In this document: in pieces, positions 1 to 9,754 of the stretch
How the letters are laid out: the number at the start of each line of letters is the position of its first letter
How positions within the stretch are numbered: the first letter of the stretch is position 1
Source of the DNA: an uncultured Anaerolineaceae bacterium
Lineage (GTDB): Bacteria > Chloroflexota > Anaerolineae > Anaerolineales > UBA4823
NCBI GenBank assembly: GCA_964391195.1
Contig: CAYMLG010000008.1
Span: 51,801-115,800, forward strand
Length of the DNA stretch: 64,000 bases
Direction: 5' to 3'
The notes under the pieces: generated by a model
Told to the model about the DNA's origin: nothing
Databases searched by the model: none
Seen by the model: only the letters and a program-made list of their open reading frames with translations
Program-made: the position numbers and the translations under genes

Positions 1-1271
1 CATCTTTCGCCTCGCCGCCAAAGCTCGACCAGCGCCCAGGCTGCCAGCAGGCATAAAAAGGGGTAGATCGGCAGGAAATAGCGGATGGACTTCACCCAGC
101 GGGTGCCCATGAACAGGAAATAGCCTCCCACCCATACGACCGGGATCAGTTGCGCGCGCCAATCCGGGCGACCGCGCAGGGTGCGCCAGCCGGCCCAGGC
201 AAAGCCCAGCCAGGCGGTGAGTCCCAGCGGCAGGCCCATCCCCCACAACACCATATTCACCCAGGGGAAGATCAGCGCCGGGCGGTGGGCCCACTGCTCA
301 GAAGGCGGGCCGCCGCCGATCCCGTTCGACTCCTTCTGCGCCACTTCCATGCTGGCCAACCAGTCCGGATTAAAGTGCAAAGTGAACAATCCGGTGTCGC
401 CCGTCTCCGCCCGAAAGCTCATCGGCTGCGCCAGGCGGAAGGTGACCAGCGAAACCACCGCGGCCAGCGCCAGGTAGGACCCGGCAATGGCGAAGATCTG
501 CAGCAGGTCCCGTTGGCTCCTCAGCTTCAGATCGGCGATGGCGATCAGGGCCGCCAGGACGATTATCCCCGCCAGCGGCGCCAGGTTAATCCGAGAAGCG
601 ACCGCCATCCCCAAAGCGATCCCGAACAAGGCGCTCCAGGTTACGGCCCGCGGAGCGAACCGGTAGCCACCCGCCTCCACGCGCAAAGCCCCCGGCTCTT
701 TGGCTAGGCGCACCGCAGCGTAGAGCGCCAGCATGGTGAACAGCACCGCAAAGTTGTCCACGGTCATAAAGTGCGACTGCTGGATCTGCATCACCGCCAG
801 AGAGCTGAGTGCCGCCCCCAGCAGACCAATCCGCCAATTGTACAGGCGCTCGCCGGTCAGCAGCAGCAGGAGCAGCGACAGGCAGTCGGCGAAAGCCGAG
901 AGCGCCCTGCCCAGCATACGGATCTCATCATAGCCGGTGTTCCCGGTCAGCTCACCGGCGGTGCGTACAATGATGATTGGCCACTGCCCCCATCGCAGGC
1001 GGTTATCCGGGCCGGGGTCCGTCGGGTTGCCGGCCTGGTCGTATTTCTGGTAGGGGCTGAGCGGTGAGAGCCGGGTGTTGAAGTAGTCGCCCAGCGACTC
1101 GGGCAGGCTGAGCTGAGTGAGGGTATTGGTGAGGCCGTACTCGTCCGGGTGCAGGTTGGTGCCCTGGTGCCAATCGAGCCCGGTGAAGCGGAACAGGATT
1201 CCGGTGAGCAGCAAGAGCAGCAGGCACAGATCGCCCGCCGCGAGCAGGATGCGGGGTAAGGGTCGGGTCAT
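1..1271 (-). CDS. Polytopic GT-C-type glycosyltransferase-like membrane protein (GT39/PMT_2-like or DUF2298 'YYY'-like); C-terminus lies beyond the window
   Basis: Not in the ORF track because no stop lies in the window. My minus-strand translation from ATG 1271-1269 (MTRPLPRILLAAGDLCLLLLLLTGILFRFTGLDWHQGTNLHPDEYGL ... FLPIYPFLCLLAAWALVELW) stays open to base 1 and has many hydrophobic helices. ATGA start/stop overlap with the upstream gene. Confidence 0.6.
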   Translation of the reverse strand, partial: MTRPLPRILLAAGDLCLLLLLLTGILFRFTGLDWHQGTNLHPDEYGLTNTLTQLSLPESLGDYFNTRLSPLSPYQKYDQAGNPTDPGPDNRLRWGQWPIIIVRTAGELTGNTGYDEIRMLGRALSAFADCLSLLLLLLTGERLYNWRIGLLGAALSSLAVMQIQQSHFMTVDNFAVLFTMLALYAAVRLAKEPGALRVEAGGYRFAPRAVTWSALFGIALGMAVASRINLAPLAGIIVLAALIAIADLKLRSQRDLLQIFAIAGSYLALAAVVSLVTFRLAQPMSFRAETGDTGLFTLHFNPDWLASMEVAQKESNGIGGGPPSEQWAHRPALIFPWVNMVLWGMGLPLGLTAWLGFAWAGWRTLRGRPDWRAQLIPVVWVGGYFLFMGTRWVKSIRYFLPIYPFLCLLAAWALVELWRRGER

Positions 1272-2437
1272 GGGTCTTGGTTTGATGGATTGGGATGGGG
1301 CAGCCCCGGCTCTTCTCCGGGGGCATCGAACAAAGCGCAGGCCACGCGGCGGCAAAGCTCGACATCCTGGAGCACATCACTGGATGGGACCAGGAACTGG
1401 TTCACCGAGCCGGCATAGGGCGGCAGGCGGCGCAGACCATCATCCTGAATCGCCGCGCGGCAGGCCTCGGCGAAGACTTCGCTGTGCAGCACCAGGAAGG
1501 GCCGGTTATGAAACGGGCTTACTTCCGCCGGGATGGGCGGGGTGATGCACAGCGAGTTGTGAAGTTCGGCTGCCGCCTGGACGGCTTGCACAAACCAGTG
1601 CTCCCGCTCGCGCCACTCCCCGGCCGCCAGTGCCCGTTCCAACGGCGGCCCGATCTGCGGGTAGCATGCCAGGCGCCGGAAGGCTGTGCCAAACCACTTG
1701 CTATAAGGGGCGTAGCGCTTTTCGATCAGGAAGCACAGGCGCATCACCCGCTCGGCCAGGCGGGCGGTGACCAGGCGGGAGCCCAGATCGTCCCCCGCCT
1801 CTCCGGTCCGCCCGAGGAAAGGCTCTTCCTGGGAGATGAGCATCCACTGGGCCGAGAGCAGGTAGAGCCAGACATCCCGGGGGTAGTACCGGAAGCGGCG
1901 CCGCACAGGTTCCAGATCCAGGCCGTCGTGAAATACGGCCCCGCCGGTCAGGCTGAGCAGGCGGTGCTCTTGGAAAGAAAGCCAATCGACCGGGCGGATC
2001 GCCGCGTTTGGGTCGATGCCCAGCTCGCGGCGGAAGTAAGCGGGTATGGTGTCGATCTCGATCAGGTGGTCCACCGGACCGTGATCGACCCGTTGGGCCA
2101 GGCGCACGCCTTCCTGGTCCGGGCGGCTGAAATGGGTTGGGTAACCGCCATAGGCGACTGGCAATTCCTGGCGCAGGACCTGATCGACCTCCAGGCGCAG
2201 TCTTTCGAAATCCTCCAGCGGCAGGAATAGCTGCAAGCGCGGCCCCCACATGTGGTCGCGGGACATGGGCGTGTCGAAACCGAGGACATCAGAGCCGAAG
2301 CCGATCAGGGCGGCTGAATAGGCGAGGCCTGGAAAATGCCGCTCCAGGATCGGGCGGACGGCTTGCTCGTAGAACCCCCGGTTTAGCTCGAGACCGGGGA
2401 CGAACGCAGGCTGCGATGGATCGGAGTTACCTGTCAT
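1268..2437 (-). CDS. DUF4037-like protein (uncharacterised, nucleotidyltransferase-associated family)
   Basis: 389-aa ORF. The N-terminal segment AALIGFGSDVLGFDTPMSRDHMWGPR matches what I recall as the DUF4037 signature. 4-nt overlaps with both neighbours. Confidence 0.6.
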   Translation of the reverse strand: MTGNSDPSQPAFVPGLELNRGFYEQAVRPILERHFPGLAYSAALIGFGSDVLGFDTPMSRDHMWGPRLQLFLPLEDFERLRLEVDQVLRQELPVAYGGYPTHFSRPDQEGVRLAQRVDHGPVDHLIEIDTIPAYFRRELGIDPNAAIRPVDWLSFQEHRLLSLTGGAVFHDGLDLEPVRRRFRYYPRDVWLYLLSAQWMLISQEEPFLGRTGEAGDDLGSRLVTARLAERVMRLCFLIEKRYAPYSKWFGTAFRRLACYPQIGPPLERALAAGEWREREHWFVQAVQAAAELHNSLCITPPIPAEVSPFHNRPFLVLHSEVFAEACRAAIQDDGLRRLPPYAGSVNQFLVPSSDVLQDVELCRRVACALFDAPGEEPGLPHPNPSNQDP

Positions 2438-5223
2438 CCGGTGTTTCTCAACCCGGCAGCGATGCCGTTGATGGTAAAGACGATCACTTCGCGCAAGGGC
2501 GCTGCCTCCGGCCCGTCCGCATCGGGCAGACTCCGCAGGCGGCGCAGCATCTCTACCTGAATATAATTCAGCGGGTCCACGTAGGGGTTTCGCAGTTGCA
2601 CCGAGCGCTGGATGATGGGGTCCGAGTCCATCAATGCCTGCTGCCCAGAGATGGCCAGGATCGCCTCAGCCGTGCGCCGATATTCCGCCTGGATGCGGGT
2701 GAAGATCTCCCGGCGCAGTTGGAGGTCCGGCACCAGGTCGGCGTACAGCCCGGCGATCCCCAGGTCGGCCTTCAGCAGCGACATCTCGGCGTTTTCCAGC
2801 AAGGTGCGGAAGAAGGGCCAGCCGGCATACATCTCCTGGCACAACCCGCTCGCCAGGTAGGGGGCCAGGGCCGTCCCCAGTCCGTACCATCCCGGGAGGT
2901 TAAAGCGGCTCTGCATCCAGGAAAAAACCCAGGGGATGGCGCGGATATTCTGGACCTGCAGAGACCCGCTGCGGCGGGCGACCGGCCGGGAACCGATATA
3001 CAGGCGGCTGATTTCGTCGATGGGCGTGGCCGCCTGCCAGAATTCCAGAAAACCCGGCGTTTGATAAACCAGGTCGCGGTAGGCCTGCCGGGCGCGGTCT
3101 GCCATGGCGGTCATCGCCTGCCGCCATTCGGGCTGCGGGTCTGGGGTATCGGGGAAGGAGGCGAGCAGCACCGCGCTGACAATCTGCTCCAGGTTGCGAT
3201 GGGCGAGGTCCGTGTTCGCGTAGCGGACGGCGATGGTCTCGCCCTGCTCGGTAAGACGGAAGCGTCCATCGACCGTACCGGGCGGCTGGGCCAGGATGGC
3301 GCGGTTGGCCGGCCCCCCGCCCCGGGCCACCGTTCCGCCGCGACCGTGGAAGAGGGTCAGGCGCACGCCCGCCTCTCGACACACCCGGGCGATCTCTTCC
3401 TGCGCCTGGTACAGCGCCCAATTGGCAGCCAGGTACCCCCCGTCCTTGTTGCTGTCCGAATAGCCGATCATCACCATCTGCTCGCAGCCGCAGGCGTCCA
3501 GGTGCCGGCGGTAGCTCTCGTTCGAAAACAGCTCGCCCAAGATCTGCGGCGCGGCTTCTAAATCGTCCAGGGTCTCGAACAGGGGGACAATGCCGAAAGG
3601 CTCCACACAGCCGGACCAGCGGGCCATGAGCAGCACCCCGAGCACATCCGCGACCCCGCGGGTCATGGAGATGACGAACGGGCCGAGCAGTTCTCGCCCG
3701 TATACCGACTGCACCCGGCCGATGAGCTGGAACAGCTTCCAGGTCTCCGCCGTATCCCTGGTGATCCCTGGATGGGCGGAGAGTTGCTGCGGTGGTTCTT
3801 CCAGCAGCCGAGCCAGGGTCTGGGCGCGAGCGGCCTCCTCAGCCTGCTCGAATTCCAGGTTCAGGTTCAGCGCGCGCAGAGTTTCTCCCAACGCCGCCTT
3901 GATGCGAGACGAATCCTCCCGCAGGTCCAGGCGGGCGGCGTGCAGGCCGAAGATTTCCAACTGCCTGCGGGTGAGGTCCAGCCCCTGGCGAGAGATGGCC
4001 TCCGGCATCGCCTCGCGGATCATGTCGATGACGGTGATAAAGTCCTGCGGGTTTGATCTGGCCTGGTGAGGGGTTTGCTCGAGCAGGCGGGCGACCATGT
4101 CGTCCTGAGAGGCGCGCTCCAGGTCGTCGGCCAGCAGCGCCAATGCCAGGCGGTAGGGTTCGTTGGCGTAGCGCTGCTCCAGGTAGGCAGCGTGCTCCGG
4201 GAGGGGGTGGCGTTCCCTCAGCCAGTCTTGCAAGGCTTGAGTGGGCGGAATACGCTGCCGGCTGACGCTGTAGAAGCGGGCGTTCGCCTGCATCGCCCGG
4301 CGGAAGTGCTCCACCGCCAGGCCGCGGTGCAGGCGCAGGGTCTCCGCGGTGACCGCGGCGGTCACATAGGGGTTGCCGTCCCGGTCGCCGCCAATCCAGG
4401 AAGCCAGGGTCAGCCAGGCAGGCCGGGCGCTGACCTGGGGGTAATGGACGGCGAGGGCGGCTTCCAACTCGGCGGAGATGCGCGGCAGAACTTCCCAAAG
4501 GATCTCATCGATGAAGAACAACCCAATGCGTACCTCATCGGTGACGGTGGGGCGCGCTGTGCGGGCCCGGTCGGTGAGCCACAAGGCGGTGATTTCGGCC
4601 CGTAGGGAGTCGATGGCCCCCTGTTTCTCGCGTGGGAGCAGGCCCGGTGTTTGCAATTGGCGCAGGCTCCGGCTGATGCGGCGCAGCTTGGAGTGGATCG
4701 TCCGGCGGCGGGCTTCCGTGGGGTGGGCGGTGAGGACCAGCTCGATATGAAAGCCGTCCAACATCGCCTGCAACTGCTCGGGGGTGACGCCGCGGCGCTT
4801 CAACAAGGATACCGCTTCGGGGATGGATTCGCCGGGCGGGATCGGGTAGAGCTCCGCTTCCCGGCGGCGAAGCGCTTCGACGCGGTAGGTCTCCTCGGCC
4901 AGGTTCACCAGGTCGAAGTACAGGGTGAAGGCCGAAGCCACGGCGCGCGCGGCATCGGGGTCAAGGGCAGCCACTTCATTCGCCAGGTCTGCAGCAGCCT
5001 GCGCCTCACCGCTGCGCCGGGCCTTGGCCGACAGGCGGATGCGTTCCTCAACCTCGAACAGCCAGGTGGATTCTTGCTCGGTTATCACTCGCCCGAGCTG
5101 CTCGCCCAACATGTGGATGGTCGCCGAGAGGTCCATAATGGGAATTATATCCGTCTTTTTCGCGCAGGAGCTGCCACGAGCACTTTCGGCGACAGGGTTT
5201 CCGGTGGATAAAACTACAGCCAC
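2434..5223 (-). CDS. ppc: Phosphoenolpyruvate carboxylase
   Basis: 929-aa ORF with PEPC hallmarks VLTAHPTE, GYSDSNKDGG, FHGRGGTVARGGGP and C-terminal GLRNTG. The true start may be the internal MDLSATIHML (ATG 5136). Confidence 0.95.
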   Translation of the reverse strand: MAVVLSTGNPVAESARGSSCAKKTDIIPIMDLSATIHMLGEQLGRVITEQESTWLFEVEERIRLSAKARRSGEAQAAADLANEVAALDPDAARAVASAFTLYFDLVNLAEETYRVEALRRREAELYPIPPGESIPEAVSLLKRRGVTPEQLQAMLDGFHIELVLTAHPTEARRRTIHSKLRRISRSLRQLQTPGLLPREKQGAIDSLRAEITALWLTDRARTARPTVTDEVRIGLFFIDEILWEVLPRISAELEAALAVHYPQVSARPAWLTLASWIGGDRDGNPYVTAAVTAETLRLHRGLAVEHFRRAMQANARFYSVSRQRIPPTQALQDWLRERHPLPEHAAYLEQRYANEPYRLALALLADDLERASQDDMVARLLEQTPHQARSNPQDFITVIDMIREAMPEAISRQGLDLTRRQLEIFGLHAARLDLREDSSRIKAALGETLRALNLNLEFEQAEEAARAQTLARLLEEPPQQLSAHPGITRDTAETWKLFQLIGRVQSVYGRELLGPFVISMTRGVADVLGVLLMARWSGCVEPFGIVPLFETLDDLEAAPQILGELFSNESYRRHLDACGCEQMVMIGYSDSNKDGGYLAANWALYQAQEEIARVCREAGVRLTLFHGRGGTVARGGGPANRAILAQPPGTVDGRFRLTEQGETIAVRYANTDLAHRNLEQIVSAVLLASFPDTPDPQPEWRQAMTAMADRARQAYRDLVYQTPGFLEFWQAATPIDEISRLYIGSRPVARRSGSLQVQNIRAIPWVFSWMQSRFNLPGWYGLGTALAPYLASGLCQEMYAGWPFFRTLLENAEMSLLKADLGIAGLYADLVPDLQLRREIFTRIQAEYRRTAEAILAISGQQALMDSDPIIQRSVQLRNPYVDPLNYIQVEMLRRLRSLPDADGPEAAPLREVIVFTINGIAAGLRNTG

Positions 5224-5261
5224 CAGGCAAAAATGCCCTTATTGGCATAACCCCACCTGGG

Positions 5262-5307
5262 TGACAAAAGCGGGTGTACAAGGCGGCGGACCGCCTCGCA
5301 CACCCGC
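5262..5307 (-). terminator. Rho-independent terminator candidate after the ABC exporter operon
   Basis: Nested GC-rich hairpin: GCGGGTGT (5270-5277) pairs with ACACCCGC (5300-5307), with inner GGCGG/CCGCC. On the minus strand it is followed by TTTTGT. It lies 24 nt downstream of the permease stop. Confidence 0.5.
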
Positions 5308-5330
5308 CTGTAGCCGGGAAGAATGCCTCG

Positions 5331-6563
5331 TTAGCCGCGCAGGGCTTTTAGGATGCGCTCCTTTTTGACCGGGTCGTAAGACAGCAGGGTGTCGGCGCGG
5401 AAGAAGCGGGCCGCCAGGACGATCATCCCGTAGGTGACCAACGCCAAACCGGCCAGGCTTAGCAAGGTCTGCCACACCGGCACGCTGGTAGCAGCCATTC
5501 GGGTGAGCATGGTCAGGGGAGCGGTGAACGGGATCAGGCTAAAGATCTGCGCGGTCAGGCTATTAGGGTGCATCAACAGGGTCTGATTCAACCACAGAGG
5601 GATCATCAAGGGCAGCAAGACAATGAAGGTGAGCTGGCCTCCCTCCTGAGCGCTGGGCGCCAGCGCCCCCACCGCCCCCAGCAGCGAAGCGTATAGCAGA
5701 TACCCGAGCAGGAAGAAGAGCAGGGCCCACACCAGAAAACTCGCCGGCAAGTTGACCGAGGTCACGCTCTCCACGAAAGCGCCGATATTGCCGAGGCCGA
5801 GCATCCCGCCCCCCAACCACAGCGCCATCTGCAGCAGGGCCACCACGCTCAGGCCGAGGATCTTTCCAAACATCATCTGGCGGGGGTTGATGCTCAGCAG
5901 CAGCACTTCTACGGTGCGGTTTTCTTTCTCTCGCGAGACACTCTGCAGCATGTAACTGCCGCTCATGGTGATCATGATGAAGAGGATGAACAACACCGCA
6001 TAAGGCACGATGAAGGCCATGGGGCCGCTCCCGCCTGCGCCGCCAGACTCGGCCTCGACCGGCGCCAGGCGTCGGCTTTCCACCACGCTGACCGGATGGC
6101 TGAAGGTCTCAGCCACGGCCGGATCCCCGGCGATGTTGTAAGCCAGGAGCTGCTCGAAGTAGAAATCTGGGGTGGCGCCCATCGGGTCAAATTCAGCCTG
6201 CACAACGGTTAACTCACCGCTCTCGATGTAACCGGCGGGGATGAACACATAGGAGCCCACTTCGCCCCGCCTCAGGGCATCCTGGGCGGCAGCTTCCGTG
6301 GGATAAGCGATCAGAGAATCGGCCGGGAACTGCTCGGGGAACCTCGAGATCAGGCCGGCTTCATCCACGTAGCCCACCGGCTTCTGGTCCTGGAGCTGCT
6401 CCTGCCCCAACCGGGATCCTTCAACCCTGTCATGCACCATGATCTGGGTGCCAATATTGAGGCCGACCAAGAAGAGCGGGAACAAGACCGTCATCACCCA
6501 GAAAGAAGGCTTGCTGAGGATGGTGATCAGTTCATACTTCATCATTAAGCGAATATTGCGCAT
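5331..6563 (-). CDS. ABC-2 type (NatB-like) transporter permease
   Basis: 410 aa with one N-terminal TM helix, a long extracytoplasmic loop, then a C-terminal bundle of TM helices. Last gene of a three-gene operon behind an ABC ATPase. Confidence 0.8.
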   Translation of the reverse strand: MRNIRLMMKYELITILSKPSFWVMTVLFPLFLVGLNIGTQIMVHDRVEGSRLGQEQLQDQKPVGYVDEAGLISRFPEQFPADSLIAYPTEAAAQDALRRGEVGSYVFIPAGYIESGELTVVQAEFDPMGATPDFYFEQLLAYNIAGDPAVAETFSHPVSVVESRRLAPVEAESGGAGGSGPMAFIVPYAVLFILFIMITMSGSYMLQSVSREKENRTVEVLLLSINPRQMMFGKILGLSVVALLQMALWLGGGMLGLGNIGAFVESVTSVNLPASFLVWALLFFLLGYLLYASLLGAVGALAPSAQEGGQLTFIVLLPLMIPLWLNQTLLMHPNSLTAQIFSLIPFTAPLTMLTRMAATSVPVWQTLLSLAGLALVTYGMIVLAARFFRADTLLSYDPVKKERILKALRG

Positions 6564-6565
6564 GG

Positions 6566-7792
6566 TTACCCCTCCTCCCGTCGCAGGGCTGCGAACACGC
6601 CTGACAAGTCAAGGTGCTGCCCGTAGCGCAGCATGCCTGCTCTGAAGATGCGCGCCGAAGCCCAGATGCTGAACAATGCTGTTCCGGTCAGGATCAGCCA
6701 ACTGGCGACCACCTGCCACAGAGGAATCACCCCCATCCCCCAGCGCAGGCTGAATGTGACGAATGAGGTGGTCGGGAAAAAGGTCAGGAACAACACGAAC
6801 GGGTGGTTGGATTCGGACATCAACATGATCACAAAGATCGGTGCCAGGAAGAGAAAGTTTAACAGGCCGGCGACTTGTTGGGCCTGCTTCAACTCGGTAA
6901 CCGCGCCGCCGATGGCCGTCATCATCCCTGCGATCAGGGCGTAAGAGGAGATGAAAAACAGGGCGATACTCAGGATATATCCCCAGGGAAGGTTGAGCTG
7001 CAGCTTCCAGTCGAAGATCCGGGCTGCAACCAGGCCGCCGACTGCGATGGTGAACAGCCAGATCACCAGTTGTGTGAGAGCCACGCCCATCAATCCCAAC
7101 GCTTTCCCGCCGATGAGCTGCTCCGGACTGAGAGAAGTGAGCAGGATCTCGATTGTGCGGTTTTCCTTTTCAGCAGTCACCACTTGCAGCAGGTAGCCGG
7201 CTGAAGTCATCACTACAAACAGAAACACGATGCTGGCGGCCAGTGGGAGGAAAAAACCGAGGACATTACTATCGCCTATCTCCCGCTCTCCGTCCATCGA
7301 ACGGATGGTGACGTCTGCCCCTTCCAGCAATCGCCTCCGCACCCCGGAGTCGAGGTCTGCTGTCAGGTTATAGCGCAGCAGTCGATCGAACTCTGCCAGG
7401 ATATCATCATCAGGATATTCATCCCAATAATAGAGGCGGACCTGGCGGTCGGATGTGAATTCCGGGGGGAAGACATAGTAAGCCTGGATCTCCACCGGAG
7501 GTACGTCTGACCCTTGACCCGCAGCCAGGGGTTCCAGAGCGAGCCGGGCGGAGGCCTCGTCGGGAAACGGGATCCATTCGAACTCGGCCTCCGGCAGGTC
7601 GTAAGACTCGATCACGCCTGCCTGATCGACAATCCCGATCGGCCGGTCATCCATGCCGGCCAGGGTGACGAATATAGTAATTCCCATGATGGCGATCAGG
7701 AACAGCGGGATACCGAGGACCCCAACCAGGAAGCCCCGGCGGGCCACCATCTTGAGGTACTCATGCCGGGCGACCAACCAGAAGTTACGCAT
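6566..7792 (-). CDS. ABC-2 type (NatB-like) transporter permease, paralogue of 5331..6563
   Basis: 408 aa with the same topology as the neighbour, and a shared EKENRT[IV]E[IV]LL[TL]S motif. 8-nt overlap with the ATPase gene. Confidence 0.8.
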   Translation of the reverse strand: MRNFWLVARHEYLKMVARRGFLVGVLGIPLFLIAIMGITIFVTLAGMDDRPIGIVDQAGVIESYDLPEAEFEWIPFPDEASARLALEPLAAGQGSDVPPVEIQAYYVFPPEFTSDRQVRLYYWDEYPDDDILAEFDRLLRYNLTADLDSGVRRRLLEGADVTIRSMDGEREIGDSNVLGFFLPLAASIVFLFVVMTSAGYLLQVVTAEKENRTIEILLTSLSPEQLIGGKALGLMGVALTQLVIWLFTIAVGGLVAARIFDWKLQLNLPWGYILSIALFFISSYALIAGMMTAIGGAVTELKQAQQVAGLLNFLFLAPIFVIMLMSESNHPFVLFLTFFPTTSFVTFSLRWGMGVIPLWQVVASWLILTGTALFSIWASARIFRAGMLRYGQHLDLSGVFAALRREEG

Positions 7793-8711
7793 GGAGCGCC
7801 TCCTTCAGCGGTGACCCGGCCGCGCCCTGTACGGTGGAGACAAAGATATCCTCCAGGGAAGGCTCCTCGATCTGGAACCGTTCGAGGCAGAAACCTTCCT
7901 GCCCGGCGAGGGCGCGGAACACCAGCTGCGGATCGGCGCCGGGATCCAGGGACAGGTGGTAGGCGCCATTGGTCCGGCGGACGTCGATCACCCCCGGCAA
8001 ACTGCCCAACTCGCCCTGGCCCTCGACAACGATCGCATCCCCCGCAAAATTGCGCTTGATCCGGTCCACCTCGCCATAAAGCACCGATTCGCCCTGGTTG
8101 ATCAGCACGATCCGGTTGCACAGGGCTTCGACCTGATACATCTGGTGGGTAGACATAATAATGGTTTTTCCCGCCCGGCGCATCTCTTCGATGATCTCTT
8201 TGATCAGGCGGGTATTGACCGGATCCAGGCCAGAGAACGGTTCATCGATCACGATCAAATCGGGGTCATGCAGCAGCGTGGCGATAAGCTGCGCTTTCTG
8301 CTGCATGCCCTTGCTCAGTTCCTGGACTTTCTTATGGCGGTGTTCCCACAGATCCAGGCGCTTCAGCCAGTCCACCAGGGCTTTCCTGGCCTCTTTCTCC
8401 TCCATCCCTTTCAAGGCGGCAAAAAAGATCAGGTTCTGCTCCAGCTTCTGATCTTTGTACATACCGCGCTCTTCGGGGAGATAACCGATACGGCGCTTTT
8501 TCTCTTCGGTGAGCTCCCCACCCAGAACAGACACGGAGCCCCCATCGGCTTTGAAGATGTCCATCATGATGCGGATCGTGGTGGTCTTGCCGGCTCCATT
8601 GGGGCCCAGCAGGCCGAATACCTCTCCAGGAAACACCTCGAAGGACACATCTCTAACAGCCTGAACTTTGCCGAAGCGTTTACGGAGTGAAGTAACTTTC
8701 AATGTTTCCAT
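7785..8711 (-). CDS. ABC transporter ATP-binding protein (NatA-like)
   Basis: Walker A GPNGAGKTT, signature LSKGMQQK, Walker B LIVIDEPFSGLD, H-loop STHQ. Confidence 0.95.
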   Translation of the reverse strand: METLKVTSLRKRFGKVQAVRDVSFEVFPGEVFGLLGPNGAGKTTTIRIMMDIFKADGGSVSVLGGELTEEKKRRIGYLPEERGMYKDQKLEQNLIFFAALKGMEEKEARKALVDWLKRLDLWEHRHKKVQELSKGMQQKAQLIATLLHDPDLIVIDEPFSGLDPVNTRLIKEIIEEMRRAGKTIIMSTHQMYQVEALCNRIVLINQGESVLYGEVDRIKRNFAGDAIVVEGQGELGSLPGVIDVRRTNGAYHLSLDPGADPQLVFRALAGQEGFCLERFQIEEPSLEDIFVSTVQGAAGSPLKEALHA

Positions 8712-8949
8712 ATTTAGTCCTGTCTGAAGGGTTAACTTATGAATGAGAACGGATGCGCGTGATAAGCGTAATCATAGCCTAAAGTTTTCTGGACGATAGA
8801 CCAACCTTGTACCCAATTTTGTGCACCTTCTTCTGCATGCCGATCATACCACCCGGGAAAAATACTGCCCTCCCTCCACAGACCAGACTTGCTCCTGACC
8901 TGCAGAATAGACACTGACCTGGTCATCAGACCAGGCCGGCGAGAAAAAA

Positions 8950-9575
8950 GCCTCCCAACCCTCACGCGCATCCGTATGGGCACGGCGGACGGATTTGCAG
9001 CGACACCCCGCACCGGGGTCGTAGGGCATGTTGCCATGCGACCGTATTTTGGTCGCCCTTGCCCGTGCCGGTGGGCGTAGGGGCACGGCGGAAAAATTCA
9101 CGGTTTCGATTTATTTACGGTGCCGCCGTGCCCCCTCCAACCCCACCCTCACCCAATGCGTGGACCCCGGCGATAGACATGTTTTTCCCCATGGAGTGAG
9201 CAAGATCGGCATCTTACCCTACGCTTCTCCATCCACATCCGTATGCGCACGGCGGAACAATCCACGGTATCGATTGATCCATGACGATGCCGTGCCCCCT
9301 CCGTCCCAACCCTCACCCGATCCACCAACCACACACGCCCACGCCACGCCGAGGTCGTAGGGCACGTTGCCATGCGACCGTATTTTGGTCGCCCTTGCCC
9401 GTGCCGGTGGGCGTAGGGGCACGGCGAGAGGGTTTACGGTATTGGTTGATTTACAGAGCAGCCGTGCCCCCTCCGACCCAACCCTCACCCAATCCACGGG
9501 CTACGGACACCCACCTCACACCGGAGTCGTAGGGCACGTTGCCATGCGACCGTATTTTGGTCGCCCTTGCCCTAC
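8950..9575. repeat. Cluster of composite hairpin repeats (REP/MITE-like or structured RNA), 3-4 units at about 170-nt spacing
   Basis: A 73-nt unit occurs at 9018-9090 and 9354-9426 with 1 mismatch, and its first 47 nt recur at 9526-9572. Long hairpins sit at 9080-9134 (12-bp perfect stem), 9247-9295 (degenerate) and 9416-9470 (10-bp perfect stem). Each is followed by CTCCNNCCCAACCCTCACCC. A remnant lies at 8951-8995. Confidence 0.85.
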
Positions 9576-9754
9576 CACACCCGCCCACCCGGCAACCCCG
9601 ACCCGCTCCTCACCCGTGAACCATAACCTCCGCCTCCCACAAAAATGGCCCTTTACTCTGCTCTCTGCGCACTCTGTGAACTCTGTGGTAAACATCTTCC
9701 GAACACAAAACCCCACCCAACCAGACACCTCATAAGTGATATACAATTACAGAC

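Noticed and set aside
8950-9575. Possible CRISPR array
   Set aside because: The repeat units are 47-73 nt with long internal hairpins. Spacing is irregular (336 and 172 nt for the 47-nt core). The spacers themselves contain conserved repeat parts, and no cas genes are in the window.
8732-9746. Eight to nine short ORFs (61-122 aa) on both strands across the repeat cluster, for example MATCPTTP... and MPCDRILVALARAGGRRG...
   Set aside because: They are generated by the repeats themselves, because the same peptide strings recur with each repeat copy. They overlap each other on both strands, and lack RBS and coding-like composition.
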